From an uncultured virus (IMG/VR IMGVR_UViG_3300035510_000375) (lineage: Duplodnaviria; Heunggongvirae; Uroviricota; Caudoviricetes): DNA of 20,000 nt. The stretch is taken from IMG/VR virus record IMGVR_UViG_3300035510_000375, one strand, 5' to 3'. The first letter of the stretch is position 1, and every line of letters starts with the position of its first letter. The notes under the pieces were generated by a model. That model searched no databases, was not told the DNA's origin, and saw nothing but the letters and a program-made list of their open reading frames with translations. A program made the position numbers and the translations under genes. Of the stretch, positions 7,659 through 15,442 are shown piece after piece.

Positions 7659-8405
7659 TTAATCTGCGCTTATTGGATTAAAGGATGCCATAGGCATTAA
7701 CTTAAATAAATTCTGTTTATGTAATTTATCAATTTTTTCTTTTATTTCTGCGGGAGGCTCAATGCCTTCTCCGATATATTTATCAAGAGTCTCATAGGTA
7801 AAGCCAAGATTATCTTCATCGGTCTTTCCGCAAAGACCATCTGATGGAGCCTTGTCTATCATCCATGACGGAAGTCCAAGTTCTCTACCAATAGCTTTTA
7901 CTTCTGATACCAATAGATTACTAAGAGGACTAAAATCGCCTGCACCATCTCCATATTTAGTAGCATATCCTACCCAATCTTCGCTTTTATTACAGGTATT
8001 TGCAACTCTTCCATTGCAGCTTTGACTTACCGCATAAAGCGCCGCCATTCTAATACGTGGAGGGAGATTAATTGTAGCCTGTGTTGAAAGAGAGCTTGCT
8101 TCATATTCAATTTCTGCAATAAGTTCTTTAACTGCCGCCCCAATATTTACAGTACAACTATAAATATTTAAATAAGTGCAAATATCCATAGCATCAGATA
8201 GGTCACTTTGGGTGTTATTAGGCATTCGTACTCCAATAACTCTATTTGCACCTAAAGCTTCTACACAAAGTGCGGCGACCACGGTTGAATCCTTCCCGCC
8301 CGAAATTCCCACTACCGCATTACAACCTTTACCATTTTCCTCAAACCAATCTTTAATCCATTGTACACATCTATCTTTTACTTCTTTTGCATTAAAATCC
8401 TTCAT
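7659..8405 (-). CDS. nadE: NH3-dependent NAD+ synthetase
   Basis: GISGGKDS, NLPPRIRM, TCNKSEDWVGYATKYGDG, KAPSDGL, TDEDNLG; no glutaminase domain. Confidence 0.95.
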   Translation of the reverse strand: MKDFNAKEVKDRCVQWIKDWFEENGKGCNAVVGISGGKDSTVVAALCVEALGANRVIGVRMPNNTQSDLSDAMDICTYLNIYSCTVNIGAAVKELIAEIEYEASSLSTQATINLPPRIRMAALYAVSQSCNGRVANTCNKSEDWVGYATKYGDGAGDFSPLSNLLVSEVKAIGRELGLPSWMIDKAPSDGLCGKTDEDNLGFTYETLDKYIGEGIEPPAEIKEKIDKLHKQNLFKLMPMASFNPISAD

Positions 8406-8416
8406 AATATTTCTCC

Positions 8417-8503
8417 TTAGATTCTGTTTAATACATCATAAAATCTTCTTAAATATTCATATACATTTTCAAGTAAGTTAGTGATAATTGGCTGTAATCT
8501 CAT
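8417..8503 (-). pseudogene. pncB: 28-aa minigene, probable internal-deletion remnant of nicotinate phosphoribosyltransferase
   Basis: MRLQPIITNLLEN|VYEYLRRFYDVLNRI after an AAGGA RBS; the halves resemble the recalled PncB N-terminus (PIIxSLLETDxYK) and C-terminus (EYVxYLxR); located between the promoter and nadE. Confidence 0.55.
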
Positions 8504-8530
8504 TTTTTTCCTTTTTTTTATTATGTATAT

Positions 8531-8559
8531 ATTATATCATAAATTTTTATAAAAATAAA
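8531..8559 (-). promoter_or_regulatory. Sigma-A-like promoter for the minigene and nadE
   Basis: TTTATT-17 nt-TATAAT with TG extension. Confidence 0.62.
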
Positions 8560-8580
8560 GAGCGAGTATTACCTCGCTCT
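8551..8580 (-). terminator. Terminator-like hairpin after RNA ligase
   Basis: AGAGCGAG-6 nt-CTCGCTCT then TTATTTTT; the T-rich tail overlaps the next -35 box. Confidence 0.6.
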
Positions 8581-8586
8581 ATTTTA

Positions 8587-9789
8587 CTATTGATGATATT
8601 TTAATAAAAATTGATTTGAAACCGCTTTAAAGCTTTGGGTTCCATCTTGAGAACGGAATACAAGTCCTTCCCTCATGCCGCTATCTATTGTAGAATCTCC
8701 AGTAGCAAAATCTAACATTTCATCTACTGTTGGTAATAATTTAAAATGGTCATGCAAAATAGGAACCCAAGGAATATCATAAGCTGACATTATTTTAGCA
8801 GACTCCACAGAATTAAGGCGTCCTCTATCCGAGAAGATAAGATTAAAGCCAGCGAACTCGTGCCCTTTAAGAGAGTAATCACGCTTCTGTATGCCGGTCC
8901 CGTAAACTTCGCCTTGTAAAGTGGCCCACTCTAGGTTATATTTTTTTACCAAGTCACCAAGAACTTCCTCAAAATGATATTTCTCTGACATCTCTGTGTA
9001 TGGATTAAACTCATAATAGCAACCCTTATTAGGCTTATCAAATACTACATTTCTACTACAGATATAATATTCATGCTTTTTCTTCCCTTTTCTTTTATAA
9101 GTTGCAGTTGTAGAACTACCATCTATTTTTTCTGTTACTATCCATTTATCCTTGCTCGAAAGAATATGAGGTAGGTTCTGTATCCTCTCCTCATCGGTTT
9201 TTTTCACCCACTCTGGCCACGGATTCTTTTTATCTTTCCTTTTTCCAAAGAAAAGGAACATTAAATTTTTACCCCAACTTCTTTTCATAAGCCATTTTGC
9301 CCATGATTTTTTAAATATCTCTGGGTGTCGCTGTGCCATTTTCTTATATTTATTTGCGGGCACCGCTTTTCTTTGATTATCTTCCGCAACTGCATAAGTT
9401 ACATCTAAAGCCGCAGTCAAAAATTCATGCTCAATATTTCCGCCTTGCTCAACTTTATCTTGCAATCTCTGTAACCAATCTGGTGCATTACCATCTATAA
9501 TAAAGTCATTAAAAGACATAAGTAATCCTTGTGAAATAGACTTACACATCTTTTGAGTTTTTATTTTAAAATGTTTAGGTTCAAGAAATAAAAATGGCTC
9601 TACTTCAGGAACTTTTGAGTCTATTTCAAAATATATAGCATAATTACCGGGTTTAAATTGTCCTTTTCGCACTACAACTCGCCAACCGCCAACAATAGCA
9701 GACTCTACCCTATCATACCCTGGAAGTGGTTCAATCGCATCTATTTTAACTGTATATACGAGTTCTCTAGTACCCTCTGAATTTAACAT
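8587..9789 (-). CDS. ATP-dependent RNA ligase, Rnl2/DRB0094-like, with N-terminal OB-fold-like domain
   Basis: Nucleotidyltransferase motifs TEKIDGSS (I), LQGEVYG (III), REGLVFR (IV), SFKAVSN (V); N-terminal IEPLPGYDRVE...GWRVVVRKGQF...YFEIDS. Confidence 0.9.
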   Translation of the reverse strand: MLNSEGTRELVYTVKIDAIEPLPGYDRVESAIVGGWRVVVRKGQFKPGNYAIYFEIDSKVPEVEPFLFLEPKHFKIKTQKMCKSISQGLLMSFNDFIIDGNAPDWLQRLQDKVEQGGNIEHEFLTAALDVTYAVAEDNQRKAVPANKYKKMAQRHPEIFKKSWAKWLMKRSWGKNLMFLFFGKRKDKKNPWPEWVKKTDEERIQNLPHILSSKDKWIVTEKIDGSSTTATYKRKGKKKHEYYICSRNVVFDKPNKGCYYEFNPYTEMSEKYHFEEVLGDLVKKYNLEWATLQGEVYGTGIQKRDYSLKGHEFAGFNLIFSDRGRLNSVESAKIMSAYDIPWVPILHDHFKLLPTVDEMLDFATGDSTIDSGMREGLVFRSQDGTQSFKAVSNQFLLKYHQ

Positions 9790-9795
9790 AAGTCT

Positions 9796-10113
9796 CTATT
9801 CCTCTTTTCCTTGAAGCTTCATCGTCGCATCATAAATATCTTCTATTGATGTGCAAATAACTTCTTTTTCTTCTTCATCTTCAAGAATATAAAAATAAAC
9901 ATCAACGCCTTGCGCATACTGTAGCAATGTTTCAACAATATATTCACTACCAGTCATTTCTTCTAGTATACTTTCTATTGCACCAACAAAAATATTCTTT
10001 TCATTTGTAACATACAAACCAAAAGAAGATAAAGCGTTATCTAAGTTTATTGTTTTATTAAAATCATCTATATAAGCCTCTGCTAACTTTACAAAAATTT
10101 CTTTCTGTGTCAT
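9796..10113 (-). CDS. Hypothetical acidic protein
   Basis: 105-aa ORF, GAGGTG RBS, in operon orientation. Confidence 0.75.
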   Translation of the reverse strand: MTQKEIFVKLAEAYIDDFNKTINLDNALSSFGLYVTNEKNIFVGAIESILEEMTGSEYIVETLLQYAQGVDVYFYILEDEEEKEVICTSIEDIYDATMKLQGKEE

Positions 10114-10128
10114 AATAAATTCACCTCA

Positions 10129-10914
10129 TTATAAAAATTTAATTTCTTCACCATGAATAATATTTTCTAATTCTATAGCTTTATCATTAAAAAGCATTAT
10201 TATTTGTTTATTTTCTATTTTAGGATAAATTCTTGTGCTATGAAAATGCCCAAATAACCAAAGTTTATAATTTAAATTACGTTCTATTTGTTCTAAATAT
10301 CTTTCCATAGTAGTATCTACTGTTGACTGGTCTACTACAGATAAAAATAAATCAGTTGGCTGAAATGTGAATGGACAAGTATGTGACAATACTAAATCAA
10401 CATTCCAATCTTCTTTCTCAAATATACAAATACCATCAGATTGCTCTTGTTCACTCAGCTGTTCTGCGGGAAACCATGACCAATTTAGTTCTAGTCTACG
10501 GTATTTATCGACAGAATAACCACCTGGAATTATAGCTGTTTTATAACCATTAATATCATATACAGCAACTTCATCAAGAGCATACTTAATATAAGGAAAT
10601 TTATTCTCTACATATACAGTATTACCAAAATATGTTTCAGTATGCCATTTATCAGACTCTTTTTCCATACAAATACTAGGTCTTTCTTCGTGGTTTCCTC
10701 TAACTAAAAAATAAGTAAAAGGATAAGTTCCTAATTTCTTTTTAGTATCTTCATCTCTGTGATTAAAAAAGAAGTTTAATCCTGCATCACCAAGTAAAAT
10801 TATTACTTTTTCTGCTTCATTATATTCTTTATCATCTTTATTTCGTTGATAAAAGGCTCTTACAGGACGCCAATTCCCATGTATATCACCCAAAATATAT
10901 ATTTTTGGTTTCAT
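10129..10914 (-). CDS. Calcineurin-like metallophosphoesterase
   Basis: GDIHG, LGDAG, RGNHE, GGYSVDK, LSHTCP, FGHFH. Confidence 0.9.
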   Translation of the reverse strand: MKPKIYILGDIHGNWRPVRAFYQRNKDDKEYNEAEKVIILLGDAGLNFFFNHRDEDTKKKLGTYPFTYFLVRGNHEERPSICMEKESDKWHTETYFGNTVYVENKFPYIKYALDEVAVYDINGYKTAIIPGGYSVDKYRRLELNWSWFPAEQLSEQEQSDGICIFEKEDWNVDLVLSHTCPFTFQPTDLFLSVVDQSTVDTTMERYLEQIERNLNYKLWLFGHFHSTRIYPKIENKQIIMLFNDKAIELENIIHGEEIKFL

Positions 10915-10946
10915 TTTTATTATACTCCTTTTTTATTTCTATATAT

Positions 10947-10975
10947 ATTATAATATAAATTTTTATAAAAATAAA
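10947..10975 (-). promoter_or_regulatory. Sigma-A-like promoter
   Basis: TTTATT-17 nt-TATAAT, followed by ATATATAGAAATAAAAAAGGAG. Confidence 0.62.
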
Positions 10976-10981
10976 GGTGAG

Positions 10982-11818
10982 TTACAAACCCACCTTTTTA
11001 TCTATATAAGCTCTATCTTCACCTTTAAAAATAGGAATATTATTATCAATTATCCAATGATGTAGCTTTGTCTGCAAATCTGGAGTAGTAATATATTCAT
11101 TTTTTATACAACAACTACCCCTCTGCTGAGTAATAGGAAGCTTATCCCAATCTATATTCTTTTGCTCCAAAAGCATCTGTTTAACTTCTTTACTTGACTT
11201 ACCTTGCAATTCCTTATGTGCAAAATTAGCCTGTCCTACAGAGTTAATGCTGTTACGTATTGCATCTAGCTGCCGCCATAAAATCAGATTGGTAACTTCT
11301 TCTTTTGGAATATTAAATGCACGAGAGTCAAACATAGCACCTTTATCTGCGGCAGTTTGCAATTTAGCACAATATTTATTTATTTCTTGCTGTATTTCCG
11401 CACTTAGAAAGCCCTTTGAAGCTTGACATTCATAATCTGCAATTAAATTCGTTACCTTTGCGGTAAATGCTTTATTAAAAGCAAGAGTAGCCATAGACGC
11501 ACTAATACTTACTAACTTTTCTAGCTGATTATCAAACCAAGCTTGCGTTTCTAATTTTTCATAGTCAGTTAGAATAAGTGTAATTTCATCACTTTGAGTG
11601 TATCCTACTACACATCCCGCAATATTCTCACAAAGATACTTCATGGTTTTTTGCATAGACTCCATAAACACTTTATCAAACGGCTTGCAGAAACCTTTAG
11701 TAAAAGTGTGTCCTGCTCTCATATCTAGCCTAATCGCCACAGGCGTCCGCCGCATTAAACTAATTTTAGGTATGTTCTCATAGTTTTTCATTCTATTGCC
11801 CAAATCATCTCGGATCAT
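10982..11818 (-). CDS. thg1: tRNA(His) guanylyltransferase / Thg1-like 3'-5' polymerase
   Basis: RMKNYE, IRLD..GHTFT, YTQSDEI, FDSR, WRQLDAIRNS. Likely start at ATG 11818, overlapping the upstream TAA (TAATG), with AGAGGA RBS. Confidence 0.92.
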   Translation of the reverse strand: MIRDDLGNRMKNYENIPKISLMRRTPVAIRLDMRAGHTFTKGFCKPFDKVFMESMQKTMKYLCENIAGCVVGYTQSDEITLILTDYEKLETQAWFDNQLEKLVSISASMATLAFNKAFTAKVTNLIADYECQASKGFLSAEIQQEINKYCAKLQTAADKGAMFDSRAFNIPKEEVTNLILWRQLDAIRNSINSVGQANFAHKELQGKSSKEVKQMLLEQKNIDWDKLPITQQRGSCCIKNEYITTPDLQTKLHHWIIDNNIPIFKGEDRAYIDKKVGL

Positions 11819-12219
11819 TATTTTATCCTCTTTTCCCAATAGTAATTCCAATCAGTAATTTTTATTTTATTATAGTCAGTTGTATCCTCTTCAATATCTT
11901 TTCTATTTGACCATACATCAAGGTCTTCTACAATAAAACTATTCATAGCGCAAAATAAGAGGTATCCAAAATAAGTTCCATCCCCGCATCCAAAATCAAT
12001 ATATTTAGTTATGACAGTTTCAGTCTTTTTGTCAATAAGCATAACGACAACAGAAGTATAAGTACCCGACTTATCTTCAAATACTTCAACGTGACGATTG
12101 ACCTGATGCATAACAAAGCGACCTCTCCAAAGAGGATCTTGCGCAATATTTTTATTTAAGGTACGAATTTTTTTATTTATTTTACGTTGGTTTTGTTTAA
12201 TTTGTTTGCGTGTGTTCAT
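11818..12219 (-). CDS. Hypothetical protein with basic N-terminus
   Basis: 133-aa ORF, GAAAGGAAG RBS, translationally coupled to Thg1. Confidence 0.75.
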   Translation of the reverse strand: MNTRKQIKQNQRKINKKIRTLNKNIAQDPLWRGRFVMHQVNRHVEVFEDKSGTYTSVVVMLIDKKTETVITKYIDFGCGDGTYFGYLLFCAMNSFIVEDLDVWSNRKDIEEDTTDYNKIKITDWNYYWEKRIK

Positions 12220-12255
12220 ACTTAATACTTCCTTTCTTTTTTATTTTCTATAATT

Positions 12256-12284
12256 ATTATAATATAATTTTTATAAAAAATCAA
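12256..12284 (-). promoter_or_regulatory. Sigma-A-like promoter
   Basis: TTGATT-17 nt-TATAAT. Confidence 0.7.
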
Positions 12285-13313
12285 TTAAGATTTTAAATTA
12301 GGATTAGTAATTTTTATATAAGTACCTTTCATACCCATATTTTGTACTGTTGCTACCTTTAATTCTTTCATTTTTGTTATTAAATTATTATATACCGGGC
12401 GGGAGATGCAGGTCTGCTCTACTAACCTAGATATGGTAATATTACCCTCGTATCCTATTTCATCAATGATAGCTTCATAGGCTTTTCTTTCTGCGTTAGT
12501 AAGATGCTCAAAAAATTCTTTCTTTGAAATATTAATAGTGGGATTAACAATAGAAGAATAGATTATTTGCATCACTCCTTCTTCCATAATTGCGGCAGCC
12601 CTGGTTCGGAGCTCATGAGCAACTCCCGCATCTTTATCTAAAACTCTATCTAATAATTCATAAATACCTTGTTTAGCTCCTTCAATATCTACACTATTAC
12701 TATTTTTAATTAAAGATAATGTACTATGCATAATACCTTGTGGTCTAATACAATCAATATAATCTTTACCCTGCAAATACATATCTAAGAAATAGGTTAA
12801 TCTCCAAGCATTATAAATTTTTTTGTTGTCTAATTCTACATAAGATAATGTATGTTTAATTTGCCCGCTAATGCTTTTTACAGTCTTATCAATGTCATAA
12901 TGTGTGATATCTTCCCTATTGGATACAAAATATTGATTCCATAATTCTTCATATTTAGGATTAAGAATAAAATAATCTGTATATAAAATTTCAAGAAAAT
13001 TAATATTCTGTTTCATGAACATTAATCTTAATTCTCTAATATCTTTTACTTCGATATGTTCATCCTCAAAATGAAGTTCTTTTGACTCCCATTTTTCATG
13101 TAAACATATATCTTCAAAAGTAGGCAAAATAATCAATTTACTGTCAATATCACTATCTCGGTTAGCGAAATGATAATTTTGTGAACCGTAACAAAAAATT
13201 CCAAGTATATTTTCTTCATTATAACCTTGTTGTTTTGCGTATTCTAGATGTTGATGTAATCTATCCATAGTTTTATGTCGAATGAGCTGTTCAAATTCAG
13301 ATGTATATTCCAT
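12285..13313 (-). CDS. Pol-beta-superfamily nucleotidyltransferase (RlaP/Nuc-transf-like) fused to a CodY-like C-terminal winged HTH
   Basis: N-terminal YGSQNY..DSDID and KQNINFLEIL; C-terminal LTNAERKAYEAIIDEIGYEGNITISRL...ISRPV...NMGMKGTYIKITN aligns by eye to CodY LSYSELEA...EGLLVASKI...ITRSV...SLGMKGTYIKVLN. Confidence 0.85.
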   Translation of the reverse strand: MEYTSEFEQLIRHKTMDRLHQHLEYAKQQGYNEENILGIFCYGSQNYHFANRDSDIDSKLIILPTFEDICLHEKWESKELHFEDEHIEVKDIRELRLMFMKQNINFLEILYTDYFILNPKYEELWNQYFVSNREDITHYDIDKTVKSISGQIKHTLSYVELDNKKIYNAWRLTYFLDMYLQGKDYIDCIRPQGIMHSTLSLIKNSNSVDIEGAKQGIYELLDRVLDKDAGVAHELRTRAAAIMEEGVMQIIYSSIVNPTINISKKEFFEHLTNAERKAYEAIIDEIGYEGNITISRLVEQTCISRPVYNNLITKMKELKVATVQNMGMKGTYIKITNPNLKS

Positions 13314-13325
13314 TTAATTTTCTCC

Positions 13326-14186
13326 TTATATAATAAATTTGCTTGTTTCTAATAATAAATCCTCAATACATAAATTATTTAAATGCGTATAAGGTATCCT
13401 TATTAATGGAATATTATTTTCTTTACACCATTGATTTTTATAATTATCGTGTTCTTGAATTTTTTTAAAATTTTCTTCAATATTCCATTTATAATCATTA
13501 TATTTATAATGTTGTATTCCATCATATTCAATAAGATAATTATTCTTTGGTATATAAAAATCAAATTTAGCTAATGCTCCAGTGTCAAAAAATCTACAAG
13601 TATCAAAAGTTTTTTTGAAAAATATAAACTAAATTATTTTTTTCTAATAATTGGACAACAGCTATTTCTCCCATGGACATTTGAGAACTACAATCATTAC
13701 AACACGTTGTTAATCCAGAAGTTAATTGGTCTGTTCTTACTATGTAAGGTTGCTCTCTATTGCATAATAAACATTTACATTCCCAGTATATATGATTATC
13801 TGTAGAATTTTTTTAGCTAATGATTCTTTTATTACTTGCAAATTACCAAAAATTTTATTAGTTAAATCTATTTTTCTTTGATGATTTATATTGATAATAT
13901 GCTGTTGAGCAGTATCTTTACGCAAACATCCACAAGTTTTGATTTTATTACTTATAACATTATCTCGCATAACAGATATAATATTATGTTCTGAGCATCG
14001 TAAACACATACAATATAAATAAGTTCTAGGACGTCCCTCTCTAGGAGTTCCATCTCTTCCAATAACATACAAATCATTAAAAATTTGTCCTGTTAAGTCT
14101 TTAGCTTGACCAAAAGGAATAAGATTTAATTTATTTATCTCATTCTTTTTTTGTTCTAGTATTACTTTTATATCATTATTATTCAT
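13326..14186 (-). pseudogene. Free-standing Vsr/DUF559-like (EDxHD-type) endonuclease with Cys-rich N-terminal repeats, two frameshifts
   Basis: Three-segment reconstruction: ...CMC..TCGC...ESLAKK / NSTDNHIYWECKC..CCNDC..SMGEIAVVQLL..YIFQK / TFDTCRF..KFDFYI..YLIEYDGIQH..QEHDNYKNQWC..LIRIPY..SKFII*. Frame changes fall at A7 runs at 13808-13814 and 13610-13616. Confidence 0.82.
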
Positions 14187-14270
14187 TTACGTTTTCTCCT
14201 TCTATTTTGATACTATAATATAAAAATAGAAAAAAGATAAATTCCATAATTTTGTCCAAAATATGGTTTA

Positions 14271-14372
14271 TTATATACCTAGAATACGCTCCTTAGGGAT
14301 GCTTGCCGCAGCATAGCCCCAATGTTCCTTTAATCTATTAATAATAGACTTTTTATCTAATGTAAAATCCAT
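14271..14372 (-). pseudogene. 33-aa orphan 5' fragment of a nucleotidyltransferase paralog
   Basis: MDFTLDKKSIINRLKEHWGYAAASIPKERILGI* after AGGAG; aligns with TMDRLHQHLEYAKQQGYNEENILGI of the 12285..13313 protein. Confidence 0.7.
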
Positions 14373-14375
14373 TTA

Positions 14376-15092
14376 TTACTTTTCTCCTATTGTAAAATAT
14401 TTTTCAACCTTTAATTCATCAAGGTCAAATAAAGCAATCTTATTAGTAAATGCGCTAGTTAGATCTAAACAAAATTTATGACCATCGCAATAATTTAATA
14501 CTTCATCTGTTAGTGGTGCTTTTAATTTTGGTTTATCGCAAAATTCTAAAGCAAAATTAAGTGCATTTAATAGATATTTAACTCCGGTATGCCCATGCAC
14601 TATAAACTCATTCTCTTTACCATACCAGTTAGTATAAATATGTAGTCTATCCCATAAGAATGGATTATATTCCATATCTTTTATTTCCTCTTGGTTAAAA
14701 GGATAATAGCCTGAATGAGTCATTATAATTTTTTGTCCTTTTGTATTAATATACGTCATTTCTTCTGGAAGTTTATTAAGGTTATCTATTAATTCCATTT
14801 GCTTATCTATAGACAAATCTATAAAATCTAAAATAGTGCGGTCGCCGCCATTCTGATACCAAAGTGTGTAATTTCCCTTAGTACTTTGTGTAATAAATTC
14901 TTCATGGTTGCCCTTTAAATAAATAACCCTATCATCTATTAACAATTCTTGAATAATTTTTATTCCATCGGGGCCTCTATCACAAGCATCTCCTAAAAAA
15001 TATATTACATCAGTTTCATCACAATAATCTCTTATTTGTTGCCATAAAGAGTGCATTCCATGTAAATCTGCTATTGCATAATGTTTATTCAT
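14376..15092 (-). CDS. PPP-family Ser/Thr phosphatase-like metallophosphoesterase
   Basis: ADLHG, GDACDRGPD, KGNHE, WYQNGG, LWDR, VHGHT. Confidence 0.9.
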   Translation of the reverse strand: MNKHYAIADLHGMHSLWQQIRDYCDETDVIYFLGDACDRGPDGIKIIQELLIDDRVIYLKGNHEEFITQSTKGNYTLWYQNGGDRTILDFIDLSIDKQMELIDNLNKLPEEMTYINTKGQKIIMTHSGYYPFNQEEIKDMEYNPFLWDRLHIYTNWYGKENEFIVHGHTGVKYLLNALNFALEFCDKPKLKAPLTDEVLNYCDGHKFCLDLTSAFTNKIALFDLDELKVEKYFTIGEK

Positions 15093-15123
15093 TATTTTAT
15101 TTTCCTTTAAATTTTATATATTT

Positions 15124-15152
15124 ATTATACTATAATTTTTATTAAAAATCAA
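15124..15152 (-). promoter_or_regulatory. Sigma-A-like promoter at the head of the minus-strand cluster
   Basis: TTGATT-17 nt-TATAAT; divergent from the structural genes. Confidence 0.7.
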
Positions 15153-15246
15153 ATATTATTTTTTAGGACAAGATTGAATAAATTCCTTTGGACTTTTTTG
15201 ATACAAAGTGTAGAAAAAACTTCAGAAAGGTAGGTATTATATTGTT

Positions 15247-15426
15247 ATGTTTAATATAATGAAACAAGGTGATCATTTTACTGCATATATTACTGAATTT
15301 GCGGCAGATAGTGAAGCTGACGTAGCAAACTTACCTACTACTGTTGCTCCTGGAAGCTCTTGCATTGTTATTGAAACATCTAATGTATATATGTTAAATA
15401 ATAATCGAGAGTGGATGCTTATTTAA
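15247..15426 (+). CDS. Small 59-aa protein (missed by the ORF track)
   Basis: MFNIMKQGDHFTAYITEFAADSEADVANLPTTVAPGSSCIVIETSNVYMLNNNREWMLI; GAAAGGTAGG upstream; first gene of the plus-strand unit. Confidence 0.75.
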   Translation: MFNIMKQGDHFTAYITEFAADSEADVANLPTTVAPGSSCIVIETSNVYMLNNNREWMLI

Positions 15427-15442
15427 AGGGAGGGATTAAGTA

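Noticed and set aside
2905..11783. Plus-strand ORFs 2905..3126, 4350..4556, 5929..6261, 6710..6952, 8176..8481, 11598..11783
   Set aside because: Antisense to well-supported minus-strand genes, with no recognisable motifs.
13195..14279. A fourth group I intron joining the 33-aa fragment to the nucleotidyltransferase gene
   Set aside because: The fragment has GGU followed by a weak hairpin, but it pairs U-A rather than U.G. I see no P/Q/R/S core or terminal G at the matching junction, and the downstream gene has its own RBS and start.
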